In this document: positions 46,735 through 56,410 of the stretch, in pieces | How the letters are laid out: every line of letters starts with the position of its first letter | Numbering within the stretch: the stretch's first letter is position 1 | Source of the DNA: an uncultured archaeon | GTDB taxonomy: Archaea; Asgardarchaeota; Thorarchaeia; Thorarchaeales; Thorarchaeaceae | Length of the DNA: 64,000 nt | Direction: 5' to 3' | Assembly: GCA_964473825.1 (NCBI GenBank) | Contig: CAYYQL010000002.1 | Span: forward strand, 192,001 to 256,000 | Notes under the pieces: generated by a model | Told to the model about the DNA's origin: nothing | The model's database searches: none | Seen by the model: the letters and a program-made list of their open reading frames with translations, nothing else | Made by a program: the position numbers and the translations under genes

Positions 46735-47651
46735 CCTATTCAATCCTCAAAATGATTGAAATCATGGGGAATGAGTTTTCGCTTCTATTGAACTCTATTC
46801 TCATCCGTATTCCTGTAGTTGTCGTTGGACAAGACATAGAGTTGATTGATGATGTTTCTAATAGCCTTACAAGTCTCTGTCCACATAGACACAAAATCAT
46901 GTTTTGGCGGGACTTCACATCAGAAGACGCGATATCTGCTGTTTGGGAAGAGGAAAGACATAACCACGAAGTTAGTAGAACTGTTGTATGCTCCTTGGCT
47001 TCAAACTTACGGCTTGCTCTAGACAGAATCGGAAAATTTAGTGGTTGGATTTTATCGCTGCCTTTGGGTTCCAAGATATTCGGGGCCACAATCAACGAAC
47101 GCGAAATTGGAAATATAATAGAGCAAATTCGTTCAGACTCTAAGAACTGTGGTATTCTGAGAGTCCATTCACCTTCAGCTCTAAGCTTTCATACTTCAGA
47201 ATCTCCCGCCAGCAGTCTTGCTCTCGAGAAGGGGATTGTAGACAAGATACTGGCACGAAAGCGACAATCTCTGGAGCGAATCAAGAGGCTTCTCCGAAAA
47301 TCACTACGTGCAGTGGATGGTGCTGCAGGACTGGTGTCCACAGTACTTGCTCTCGATGACGAGTCCGATAAGATAACTCAAGATGTGTTCAGGGAGGAGA
47401 TAAGCAGTTATGTGCATGCCGCTCGAAGGGCAGTTACAATCCTGTCCAGAATTCGATTAGCAAGAGAACTAGGTGCTCCTACAACCCTTACAGAACGCAA
47501 TCTCTTGGAGGCTGTGGGCTGGGAATCGGGAAACCTAGGCGATATGATTCAGCTCATTCGGGCAGAATGGCATGAAGATTTCTCAGATTGTGTCAAGACC
47601 GGCACGCTCTCTGGACTTGGAGCTTGGGTGGACAGCATGTGGGGAACATAA
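46731..47651 (+). CDS. Putative DENN/folliculin-C-terminal-like protein
   Basis: N-terminal G.EFSLLLNSIL.RIPVVVVG.D.ELI..V..SL.SLCP resembles the core helix-strand-helix of DENN modules. Coupled (GTGA overlap) to the roadblock gene. Confidence 0.5.
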   Translation: MTYSILKMIEIMGNEFSLLLNSILIRIPVVVVGQDIELIDDVSNSLTSLCPHRHKIMFWRDFTSEDAISAVWEEERHNHEVSRTVVCSLASNLRLALDRIGKFSGWILSLPLGSKIFGATINEREIGNIIEQIRSDSKNCGILRVHSPSALSFHTSESPASSLALEKGIVDKILARKRQSLERIKRLLRKSLRAVDGAAGLVSTVLALDDESDKITQDVFREEISSYVHAARRAVTILSRIRLARELGAPTTLTERNLLEAVGWESGNLGDMIQLIRAEWHEDFSDCVKTGTLSGLGAWVDSMWGT

Positions 47652-47667
47652 TTTTGAGGTGAAACGA

Positions 47668-48249
47668 GTGATAATCGACTATGGCAACAAGACGATTGGC
47701 TTAAAAATAGTCTTCTTTGGGCCAGCAATGAGTGGGAAAACTACATCTGTTCGGTGGCTCTTTTCAGCTCTAGAATGTGCAGACCGATTGACTTCAATCG
47801 AGAACACTGTTGGACGGACCATGTTCTGTGATTTTGGAACTATTCCCATACCACTAGATGATGTCTGGAATCTGAATGCACATGTTTGGTCTGCCACCGG
47901 GCAAGATTTTTACCGATCCACTAGGGAGGTTGTTTTAGTGGGCGCAGACGGAGTGATTTTTGTTGCTGATGCTCAACGTCATCTCCTCGATGATAATCTT
48001 GCAAGCTGGAACGAGCTTATGACTCTAGTTGATGAAGGAACCGACCCCCTTCCGGTGGTCGTCTGCCTCAACAAACAGGATTTGTCTAATGTTGTTGGTG
48101 AGGAAGAAATCAGACACTACTTGAGGATACCTAGTTCTATCACAGTATTTGAGAGCATCGCAAAAGAGGGATATAACATAATTGAGGCTTTTCGCTTACT
48201 ATTCCAGAATGCCATGCGAGCAAGTGTCGTAGCACAACAGATGCAATGA
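47668..48249 (+). CDS. MglA-type small GTPase
   Basis: KIVFFGPAMSGKTT, GRTMFCDF, WSATGQ (no Asp in G3), GADGVIFVAD, NKQD and SIAK motifs. GTG start at 47668 follows GAGGTG. Confidence 0.9.
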   Translation: MIIDYGNKTIGLKIVFFGPAMSGKTTSVRWLFSALECADRLTSIENTVGRTMFCDFGTIPIPLDDVWNLNAHVWSATGQDFYRSTREVVLVGADGVIFVADAQRHLLDDNLASWNELMTLVDEGTDPLPVVVCLNKQDLSNVVGEEEIRHYLRIPSSITVFESIAKEGYNIIEAFRLLFQNAMRASVVAQQMQ

Positions 48250-48377
48250 CACTATGCAACCCATGTTACAGCTGCCAATAGTTCCGACACTGTAGACAAG
48301 AGCACTGACATAGCAAATTTGGCACTGTTTCAGTACATTGTTCACTTTGATATTCAGCAGGCGCAGCAAGGGGGATC

Positions 48378-48439
48378 ACACATTTCTTACATATGGAAAC
48401 TTGGTTCCTTTAGAGATATGTAAGATTCTGGTCTTCTGG
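48378..48439. repeat. 62-bp dispersed direct repeat with internal dyad, copy 1
   Basis: 57/62 identical to 53597-53658. Contains TCTTACATAT-N21-ATATGTAAGA. Confidence 0.85.
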
Positions 48440-48649
48440 AGTTTGATTCACCCCCTCGTACCGGTTCGCTGATGAAGGGTTGCAGAGAGCAGTCTGTGCC
48501 CTTTCCAGAAGCAGTGATTAGAACATGATTTGTTCTAGGAAACCCCGGCACGTTTCCATGAGAGCCTTAGTTGAAAATAAAGGCACGCATCTATAAGGCG
48601 ATTCAATGTTAGAGATATAATCTTACCTAGTAGTCCATCTGCAGAAATG

Positions 48650-50053
48650 CTACGACTTTTCGTTTTCGATCTCATTCAGCACGTTGGTCATTGTCTTCTT
48701 AGCGGTCGCCGCCAGTGTATCAACTGACTGCTTGGTTCTGGCCCCCACATAGAACCTTGCCTTCGGTTCTGTTCCTGATACTCGGACCAAGAGATAAGAG
48801 CCATCGTTTCTTTCAATCCGTACACCATCCACCTCGAGAATCTGGTCGATATTGGAAACCTTCTCGGGTAGAGCCTTACGGACTCCTTGCATGAAGTTCT
48901 GCTTCAGAGAATCAGGGCATGTGATGAAGTCCCGTACCATAGGATACTCTGGTATCTGTTTCATTAGTTCAATGCAGCTTCCATCCCCCTCATTGACAAC
49001 AAGCTGAGCAAGACGAGCCGCTCCTGCGATACCGTCCATCCACCCTCCAAGCTCCGTGAATATTGGCTTCCAGGGCTCGGAGGCGAATACAATCTCGTCA
49101 TAGCGGAGTGCAAGTTCCTCCTGAAGCGAACCTAAGGAGCGGCGCACCAACTCGCCACCATGAGATTTCACAATCTCATCTATGACATTGGAGGTATCAA
49201 TGGATACAACGACCAGACCACCATCTTGTTCCTCTAGCTCGTACTTTGCAAACAGAGCGATGACTCGATTCTGATCTATGAAGCGTCCCTCTTCGTCAAT
49301 GACTGCCAAACGGTCGCCGTCGCCGTCATGACATACTGTGACTGCAAAGTCCGACTGTGCAGCCATATTCATTGTGAACTCCAGATTACGAGGTGACGGT
49401 TCAGCTGGCCTACCCGGGAAATAGCCGTCTTGGTGGGAGTTGATTGTCAGAACTGAGAAACCCAAATCACGAAGAAGGTGTGGTGTATAATTAGATGCAG
49501 CGCCGTTTGCCGCATCGACAAGAATCTTACAGCTTCCCTTGACATCACCTCTGTTGAGTATCATGTTCCTGATTCGCTGCATGTATGATATGCGCGTATC
49601 GTGAGAAGACTTCGTCCCCAGCAGATTCCAATCTGCGACAAGAAAGCCCTCATCGAAATAATGCGTTTCTATTTCTACCTCTTCTGACCTCAGGAACTCG
49701 CGCCCTTGCTTGAAGAACTTGAACCCATTATCTGAAGCAGGATTGTGACTCGCCGTAATTACGACGCCTATGTCAATACCGTCAATAGAACTCTGGAAAC
49801 CAACTGCAGGCATTGGGACTATGCCGAGGTCGACTACATCAACACCCGTGGACAGCAGGCCTGATACGAAGGCGTGATGGAGCATCACACGTGAGGTTCG
49901 TGCATCAGTGCCCACCGCAACGACCCCACTTCCTTTGAGGGTACTGCCAAGTGCGCGGCCTAGATTCATCGAGCTGACCGGATTCACTTTTTCGAATCCC
50001 CCTCTGATTCCTGATGTTCCAAAGAGCTTCTGTTTATCGTCTGTGTGGACCAT
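48650..50053 (-). CDS. glmM: Phosphoglucosamine mutase / phosphomannomutase family
   Basis: LFGTSGIRG, ITASHNP, DGDGDR and RVSGTEP motifs. Confidence 0.85.
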   Translation of the reverse strand: MVHTDDKQKLFGTSGIRGGFEKVNPVSSMNLGRALGSTLKGSGVVAVGTDARTSRVMLHHAFVSGLLSTGVDVVDLGIVPMPAVGFQSSIDGIDIGVVITASHNPASDNGFKFFKQGREFLRSEEVEIETHYFDEGFLVADWNLLGTKSSHDTRISYMQRIRNMILNRGDVKGSCKILVDAANGAASNYTPHLLRDLGFSVLTINSHQDGYFPGRPAEPSPRNLEFTMNMAAQSDFAVTVCHDGDGDRLAVIDEEGRFIDQNRVIALFAKYELEEQDGGLVVVSIDTSNVIDEIVKSHGGELVRRSLGSLQEELALRYDEIVFASEPWKPIFTELGGWMDGIAGAARLAQLVVNEGDGSCIELMKQIPEYPMVRDFITCPDSLKQNFMQGVRKALPEKVSNIDQILEVDGVRIERNDGSYLLVRVSGTEPKARFYVGARTKQSVDTLAATAKKTMTNVLNEIENEKS

Positions 50054-50165
50054 ATCCTAGCCTCCGCATCTTCTGTATCTCGTTTCTTGTTCGTGACCGT
50101 TGTCAATCAACCTTGTCCTAGCATAGACTGTTGAAGGAGAATAGATTCTACGACCTTAATAACTG

Positions 50166-50756
50166 GTGTCCACACTGAACTACATGCACTGCCAACATCT
50201 ATGTTTGATCTCAAGGGCGATTCCAGACACAACCTCGTATAAGCAAGGAGAGCATCATCTTGAAAGCCGGCGGTTGTGGTCAATAGCCAAGAACGAACAA
50301 GCCCATTCTCTTCTTCGGGAACCGGCAATAATTGAGCTGAGTAGAAGAAGAGAAACCGGGGCAATAGAACTGTGTGATGCCTTGCTCAATTCCCAGAATG
50401 TAGAAGATTGGTTTGTTGCAGTCCACGCTTTGGTTGCAATGGACACACCCGATGCGATTGAACGGCTGATCCTCCTTTATGCCAATTCAAAAAACTGGAA
50501 GCGACGATATGTCTTCATGTCGATTGGGAGGGTTCTCACATTGGAGTTTATCCGACCTTTCCGGCAAATGGCAAAAGACTTTTTGATGGCTGAGATGCTG
50601 GATGTGACAGGGTGGACTAGAACCGCCATCTTTGCAATGAAATCGATATGTGATTGCTATGGCATTAGAATATTAGAGAGAATGCAACCGAGCTGTCAAG
50701 CAGCACATCGTCAACTCCCGGAAACCGAAAATACTGTTGTTATTCAGAAAGCATAG
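50166..50756 (+). CDS. Hypothetical protein with a HEAT-like helical repeat
   Basis: DALLNS...W..AVHAL..M....AIERLI.L pattern. Start uncertain. Confidence 0.45.
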   Translation: MSTLNYMHCQHLCLISRAIPDTTSYKQGEHHLESRRLWSIAKNEQAHSLLREPAIIELSRRRETGAIELCDALLNSQNVEDWFVAVHALVAMDTPDAIERLILLYANSKNWKRRYVFMSIGRVLTLEFIRPFRQMAKDFLMAEMLDVTGWTRTAIFAMKSICDCYGIRILERMQPSCQAAHRQLPETENTVVIQKA

Positions 50757-50757
50757 A

Positions 50758-51732
50758 TTAGTTTCTAGGTAGAGCGAGATCCGCTATGTCTTTTGCAGAT
50801 TCTCCAATTCGTGCCAATATATCCAAGATTTGAGTATGACGCTGAGATAGCTGCTCTTCCTTAGATACGAGATGGTGACGAACTGTATCTATAAGCACCA
50901 ACATCTCTTTCTCGGCATCCATGACCCACGCAACCTTATCAGAATCAAACCTGAATAGATTGGAGAGAGATCTTGCCAGCATTTCCTTGATAATCTCGCT
51001 GATAGATTCAATATCCTTCACCAGTTGCTTGGGAACAGGTTGGCTCGTTAGACCGGCTATATCCACTGCAAGATCCGCAATTCGTTCAATGTACTGGACC
51101 ACAAGACGATAATCCAATGCCTCGACAGGAGCAATCCCCATCTTGTCCGCCATGCTAGGATACTGAATTGCAGATCGTAGCTCTCGAACTATCAAGAAGA
51201 ATAGGCGATCAACTTCCTCATCCCGATTTGCAACATCTTTGGCAAGCTTACTATCCCCTTCGAAATATGCCTGTAGAGCATCACGAAGCATTCTGGTCGC
51301 TATCAGATTTGTTCGCTTCATTGCTTTTTGAACAGGGATTGTAGACGGATCCACAAGGCACTGAATGAGCAGCATCTGATCTTCTTCATCAGTGACTTCC
51401 AGAGCAACGAAGCGCTTGATGATACGTTTCAGTTCTTCTCTTTGTTCGTTTGTAATGGGTTTATCGCTTACAACACGAATCTCATCAAATCCGAGTAAAT
51501 ATTTGCTCGTAATGCCCCACCTCAAATTTGATTGGATTCGAATCTCCGTCTTTCTGCTTTCATCCGACTCACGCATTCTTGGATCGATAATCAGACAACC
51601 ATCTTCCTTCTCAGACACAATAACAGTGTCGCCTTTTTCGAGTTTCTGCCGCAAGACCCAGTCTTTTGGTAGCACTACAAGGTAGGAACTACCTGTTCTC
51701 CCGCCAGTTTGCTGAAGTTTCCTAGTTTCCAT
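50758..51732 (-). CDS. phoU: Phosphate uptake regulator (AbrB + PhoU domains)
   Basis: ETRKLQ.TGG..SY.V.LPK.W (AbrB), and DEEVDRLFFL and ERIADLA (PhoU). Confidence 0.9.
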   Translation of the reverse strand: METRKLQQTGGRTGSSYLVVLPKDWVLRQKLEKGDTVIVSEKEDGCLIIDPRMRESDESRKTEIRIQSNLRWGITSKYLLGFDEIRVVSDKPITNEQREELKRIIKRFVALEVTDEEDQMLLIQCLVDPSTIPVQKAMKRTNLIATRMLRDALQAYFEGDSKLAKDVANRDEEVDRLFFLIVRELRSAIQYPSMADKMGIAPVEALDYRLVVQYIERIADLAVDIAGLTSQPVPKQLVKDIESISEIIKEMLARSLSNLFRFDSDKVAWVMDAEKEMLVLIDTVRHHLVSKEEQLSQRHTQILDILARIGESAKDIADLALPRN

Positions 51733-51864
51733 GTAATTTTCACCGCAGAATGATGGCTCCAAAGAATAGTCATGATGTAGTCTTATTATGATTTTCAGCC
51801 GAGCACATAATCTGTTCGGTTCAATTTTAAAGGAGATAGAGATGACTACGAAAGCGATGAAACA

Positions 51865-53463
51865 TTGACGCCCCCGGATAGACGCAAGGTACTACGCAGA
51901 CTTCTTGATGCCGGCCTACAGGTGACACCAGATGCGTTGGACTATGTCGTCACTTGTGCATCATCATATGGGATGGTTGATGAAATAATACGAAGAAGAG
52001 AGGTATTCGAAGACGTTCCAGTTGTTCGTACCGAGGATTTCGTCCGCTTCTTCTCCAAGATGGATGATAATTCCGACAGAGGAGTAGATGCTGGTCAATC
52101 AGATCAATTGATGCAGGAGATTTCACCACAATCAAATAATCGGGATTTGAAATGGGATTATGAGATCACCAAGAACCCGACAAGCGACTCGTATGGGTCC
52201 TCTGGTGATATTGAAGACTTTCTGATGCTCTTCTTGGACAGATATCGAGCAATTGAAAGGATTTACAGAAAGAGGTTAGATACTCGTGGGGCAGTATCAC
52301 CCAGCAAAGCAAAACAAGCGAAGCACATCGCCAGTCGGAACCGAGCTCTCAGAAGGGGGGGAGAGCGAACTCAGAAAGCACCCACTCAAATAGTAATGGG
52401 AATCGTTAAGACCAAGACCATATCGAAATCCCGGAATGTTGTGATTGAGCTGGAGGACAAGGAGGGCTCAATAATTTGCGTCATTCCTGCTGCTATGAGA
52501 AGGAGTAATGGAGAGGCTCTAGTAGAAAGGGGGAATGCATTACTACTCGATGAAATCGTTTGTGTGTCAGGAAGAGTCGACTCAGAAGGCAGGCTCATTG
52601 CAGAAGACGTTTTGTTCCCCGACATCCCAACAGCTCGCATCATTCGGAGATCTAGAAGAGATGTCAATGCAGTATTCATATCTGACCTTCATTGTGGCAG
52701 TACAGAATTTCTAGATGATGATTTTGATAGATTCATCAACTGGCTGAGAGGAAAAGATGTGGACAGTTCGGAGAAGGGCGTAGTTGAGAATGTAAGGTAT
52801 CTCTTCATAGCGGGCGATCTTTGTGACGGAATAGGAGTGTATCCAGGTCAAAGAAACAACCTTCTAATTGATGACATAGTAGAGCAGTACTCCTATCTAG
52901 CTGAGAAGTTGAAGAAGCTTCCTGATAGGATTAAGATATTTTGCATCCCAGGAAATCACGATGCTTGCAGGCAGGCCCTTCCAAGACCTCCAATCCCCAA
53001 GGAGTTTTCACCAGCATTGTACGCCCTTGAAGACAGACTAACAATGTTAGGAGATCCAAGCCAGCTTATCGTTGAGGGAGTCAATATCCTTGTCACACAT
53101 GGCGATTCCTTAGATGACCTTGTCACTCAGATTCCCGGAGCCTCTTACAAGAATCCAGAGATTTCTATGATAGAACTGCTGAGAAAGCGTCATTTGGCGC
53201 CGCTCTATGGAGGTAAGACAGAATTGGCGCCGCTTCACAAAGATTGGATGGTCATTGATGAGCCACCAGACATAGTTCATTTCGGGCATGCCCATCATAA
53301 TGCTGTTGATAGCTATCGGGGAGTCCGAATCATCAACTCGGGAACCTTTCAAGATCAGACTGATTTCATGAAAAAGCAAGGTGTGGAACCTACGCCAGGA
53401 ATTGTTACCATTGTGAATCTTAAGACGCTTGCACCAGAAATCAAAATCTTTCATCGGTATTGA
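51865..53463 (+). CDS. polB: DNA polymerase D small subunit DP1 (proofreading exonuclease)
   Basis: OB fold, then ISDLH.GS, AGD..DGIGVYPGQ, PGNHD, HG, RHLAP.YG, GHAH and NSGTFQ.QT.F motifs. Confidence 0.95.
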   Translation: MTPPDRRKVLRRLLDAGLQVTPDALDYVVTCASSYGMVDEIIRRREVFEDVPVVRTEDFVRFFSKMDDNSDRGVDAGQSDQLMQEISPQSNNRDLKWDYEITKNPTSDSYGSSGDIEDFLMLFLDRYRAIERIYRKRLDTRGAVSPSKAKQAKHIASRNRALRRGGERTQKAPTQIVMGIVKTKTISKSRNVVIELEDKEGSIICVIPAAMRRSNGEALVERGNALLLDEIVCVSGRVDSEGRLIAEDVLFPDIPTARIIRRSRRDVNAVFISDLHCGSTEFLDDDFDRFINWLRGKDVDSSEKGVVENVRYLFIAGDLCDGIGVYPGQRNNLLIDDIVEQYSYLAEKLKKLPDRIKIFCIPGNHDACRQALPRPPIPKEFSPALYALEDRLTMLGDPSQLIVEGVNILVTHGDSLDDLVTQIPGASYKNPEISMIELLRKRHLAPLYGGKTELAPLHKDWMVIDEPPDIVHFGHAHHNAVDSYRGVRIINSGTFQDQTDFMKKQGVEPTPGIVTIVNLKTLAPEIKIFHRY

Positions 53464-53596
53464 GACTGCTTCATAGTGGGCATCTGGATAATCTGTTTCT
53501 TACAATTTGGTAAGTCAACTTCACCTCTAGGAAACTTCTGCGTTCTACCTCTCCACTATCATGACCGACATAACTTATCAAAAGGGAGGAAATCTT

Positions 53597-53658
53597 ACAC
53601 ATTTCTTACATATGAGGACTTGATTCCTTTAGATATATGTAAGATTCTGGTCTTCTGG
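53597..53658. repeat. 62-bp dispersed direct repeat with internal dyad, copy 2
   Basis: 57/62 identical to 48378-48439. Confidence 0.85.
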
Positions 53659-53797
53659 TTTCATGTTCACATATGTCCAATTAAAACCCCCGGCTTCCTA
53701 GCGGCTCGGAAAACGATTCAAGTCAGGAGCTGTAATCTAGTGGAGAATCAAGACGATGCTTCTCAAGTACAGCCTGTCAAATTTTGCATTTAAGAAT

Positions 53798-53941
53798 TGG
53801 CGCCGGGGATGGGATTTTCGAATTGAGCCGAAGAGGTTCAATCGTTCGAACCCATGAGCCTCAAGGGCAATGGCTTTCGAGACCATCTCCGTGTGTGTTG
53901 CAACAAGAGGCCTTATCACAAAACCACTTAGATACCCCGGC
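53798..53941 (-). tRNA. tRNA-Ser(CGA) with two non-canonical introns: D-loop ~20a/21 (53893-53921) and 59/60 (53815-53844)
   Basis: Spliced 85 nt: GCCGGGG TA TCT AAGTGGTTAC GGA G ATGGT CTCGAAA GCCAT TGCCCTTGAGGCTC ATGGG TTCGAAT CCCAT CCCCGGC G CCA. The T-loop BHB is TTCG/CGAA with AA|C and AA|T bulges. Confidence 0.88.
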
Positions 53942-54117
53942 TGTGAGAGGTCTTAGTTGCTTCCGATATAACGTTAATGTATTGTCTTCTTGTTATTCGC
54001 CCAGTTGTTCCGCAGAGTTGATGGTAGATCATTCGTGAAACCGAATGGTCGGAGGTCAACCAGATACAAGGAAATATGCTTGCACCTAGTTCATGCAGGC
54101 GCCAAATCCCCTCAAAT

Positions 54118-54462
54118 CTAGAAAGTGATTATATCAAACCCTTTTGTACTGAACCCTAGAAGGTCGGAATGTCCGGCTAGTTCTCCCTTCAGCGGAACAC
54201 GAAGTTTCTCTGCAGCTTCTGTAGCAGAGAAATTGGCAGTACACGCTCTACAGGCGTGATCGATGATTCCCTTCTCCATCGCCTTTTCGAATGCAGGCAG
54301 TCTAATCGACTTGTCAGCAATCCCAATCAACAGTCTCGGCGACCCGCACTCAAGAACTACGGCCACTTCATGTCCGTGCTCATGGTAGTTATTGGCATTC
54401 AACAGGATATGCATTAGGTGCATATTGTTGTCTTCGGTAGCAAGAAACATGACCTTCATCAT
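54118..54462 (-). CDS. DsrE/DsrF-like small protein
   Basis: H.LLNA...H..GHEVAVVLE, ACRAC, GHSDL and GFDIITF pattern. Confidence 0.7.
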   Translation of the reverse strand: MMKVMFLATEDNNMHLMHILLNANNYHEHGHEVAVVLECGSPRLLIGIADKSIRLPAFEKAMEKGIIDHACRACTANFSATEAAEKLRVPLKGELAGHSDLLGFSTKGFDIITF

Positions 54463-54531
54463 TATCGTTGGAGCCTACAAAGAACGATGTATTGAGGATT
54501 TTGCCTCTGACCAAATACAGTTTCAAGAAGA

Positions 54532-54619
54532 TGGTGCGGAGGACGAGATTTGAACTCGTGAACTCCTACGAGACAAGGACCTAAACCTTGCGCCTTTAAC
54601 CTAGCTTGGCAACCTCCGC
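54532..54619 (-). tRNA. tRNA-Leu(TAG), intronless
   Basis: GCGGAGG...CAAGG TTTAGGT CCTTG, a long variable arm, then ACGAG TTCAAAT CTCGT CCTCCGC A CCA. Confidence 0.96.
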
Positions 54620-54845
54620 GTAATTCGAATTGGCAGTGAGTTTCGATATAACGATTTTGGCGTCACAACATCGACAGAATGACCCGCTCATTATTCTCAA
54701 GATTTGCACACATACGTAACCCATGTCACAATGTTTTTATTCACCTCAGAAGTCGTTCGCGAAGTTACCCTGCTGAGAGTGGGATAAATCACAAGTCTTA
54801 ATGGCATCCCATTTTTGAAATCAGGTAAGAGCGTGATGAATAGAT

Positions 54846-55496
54846 ATGTCATCTAGAAGTCGACAGGCAGCCGCAAGAACCAGAGACAAATGGCGTGAGA
54901 AAACATGGTATCAGATTCTTGCACCCGACTATTTCGACAACAAAGAGATTGGCCGAACTCCAGCTGGAAACCCTGACCTTCTAATTGGTCGAACACTACA
55001 ACCCACGCTCTATGATCTGACTGGAGACTTCGACCAGATCCATGTAAAGCTCAGATTCAAGATATTTGAGGTCAAGGGCCAGCAGGCGAACACAGTCTTC
55101 CATGGTCACGAATGGAGTTCAGATTACCTTCGTGGGCTTGTCAGAAGAGGCACAACAAGAATAGATTGGATTGGGCCCATACTCACAAAAGACGATTATC
55201 TCATGCGAATTTCCGTGATAGTGTTCACCACAACCCGTGCTAAGACCAGTCAAGAGCATTCAGTCCGAAAGGCAATAGAAAAGGTCATCCGCACTCATGC
55301 GAAGAAGCATACCTTTGAAGAGCTAGTGCAGAAGGTTGTTCTAGGCGAACTTGCAGGGGAGGTAAATGACGTTGTTAGGGTCATTATACCCATTCGCCAG
55401 TGCGAGATTCGGAAGAGTAAGGTGCTAAAAGGTCCTGAGGAAGTCAAAGCAAGAAGGACAAGGCTACGAAGGAACTCGTCAGACAAGGGCAAGTGA
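54846..55496 (+). CDS. rps3ae: 30S ribosomal protein S3Ae (eS1)
   Basis: RDKW.EK.WY.I.AP, L.GR, TLYDLTGD, DYLRGLVRR and EIRKSKVL motifs. Confidence 0.96.
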   Translation: MSSRSRQAAARTRDKWREKTWYQILAPDYFDNKEIGRTPAGNPDLLIGRTLQPTLYDLTGDFDQIHVKLRFKIFEVKGQQANTVFHGHEWSSDYLRGLVRRGTTRIDWIGPILTKDDYLMRISVIVFTTTRAKTSQEHSVRKAIEKVIRTHAKKHTFEELVQKVVLGELAGEVNDVVRVIIPIRQCEIRKSKVLKGPEEVKARRTRLRRNSSDKGK

Positions 55497-55533
55497 CCAC
55501 CGATTAGATACTTTCGCAGTCTCATGCCATCAA

Positions 55534-55893
55534 TCAGTATCTCTCAAGCTTTTCGAGGGATTTTAGTAGCATAAGAAGAAGATTAGCAAGGCGGGTCAGT
55601 GTATCAACATCATTCTCCCCCTCAAGGGCCTCATTCAGGGCGCTCAGCTTCCTAATTATGCTGACCTGTAAGGCTGAGAACACAGAGCCATTGATCTTCT
55701 TCTCCAGAGAAACATTATCTGTTCTCTCCTTGCCCACACGGCGATTACATGTGGTGCAGAATACTTCGTTGCCTGCTTTCATGAGTGGAGAACCGCAGTT
55801 AGGACATGGTTGTGCGAGCATGGTGGCTCCCCTACGCAATAAATCTGCCATTCTCTTGACTGAGAGATTGTCCTTGTCGTTCATTTGATACAC
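55534..55893 (-). CDS. UPF0148 / SSSCA1-like Zn-ribbon protein
   Basis: MADLLRRGATML...CPNCGSPL......FC..C. Confidence 0.88.
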   Translation of the reverse strand: MYQMNDKDNLSVKRMADLLRRGATMLAQPCPNCGSPLMKAGNEVFCTTCNRRVGKERTDNVSLEKKINGSVFSALQVSIIRKLSALNEALEGENDVDTLTRLANLLLMLLKSLEKLERY

Positions 55894-56065
55894 AAAGATA
55901 CATTATGCAGGAACTGAGATATAAGGAGTAATGCCGGGCCAATCTCAAACTCCCTCCCAATACTGAAGGGGCCATGCCAAAATGCCTATATGCCAATGAG
56001 AGTTGAGGGTCCTTCGTTATTCGCACTCCATCAGTGCGCAGAGACAATTCCGAGGTGAGTCCAAA

Positions 56066-56329
56066 ATGGACCCCGAAATACAGAAGAACATTGACCAGTC
56101 TAAGCACCTACTAAAGCAAATATCCGAGGATTCTTCGGTTCCCAGAAACATACGGCGCGCGGCGAATGAAGCAATAGCCATTCTCGAAAACGAAGGTGAT
56201 TCGCCAGCTGCAAGGGCGCAGAATGCAATATCCATGCTTGACGAGCCCAGCCAAGACCCTAACTGTCCAAATCACGCTCGGACAAAGATATGGCATGTTT
56301 CCAGTCTTCTGGAACCCATACGGGACTAG
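56066..56329 (+). CDS. UPF0147 family protein
   Basis: I.EDSSVPRNIRRAA and DPN.P.HART.IW...S.LE motifs. ATG at 56066 follows GAGGTG. Confidence 0.9.
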   Translation: MDPEIQKNIDQSKHLLKQISEDSSVPRNIRRAANEAIAILENEGDSPAARAQNAISMLDEPSQDPNCPNHARTKIWHVSSLLEPIRD

Positions 56330-56410
56330 AGAGGGTATCTCTCTTTGACAGGGGCTGTTGGTTTCTGTTAGAGGAAAAAAAGGAGCCGTTCATTTGAGGA
56401 TCAGTGTTCA

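Noticed and set aside
48541-48564. ORB-like CTCTCATGGAAACGTGCCGGGGTT on the minus strand
   Set aside because: A single degenerate copy with no inverted partner. The CCCCGGC part is better explained as the flank of the 62-bp repeat family.
53960-54660. CGATATAACG at about 53964 and about 54644 as Xer/dif sites
   Set aside because: No second inverted arm. Both lie about 25 bp upstream of minus-strand tRNA genes, so they are TATA boxes.
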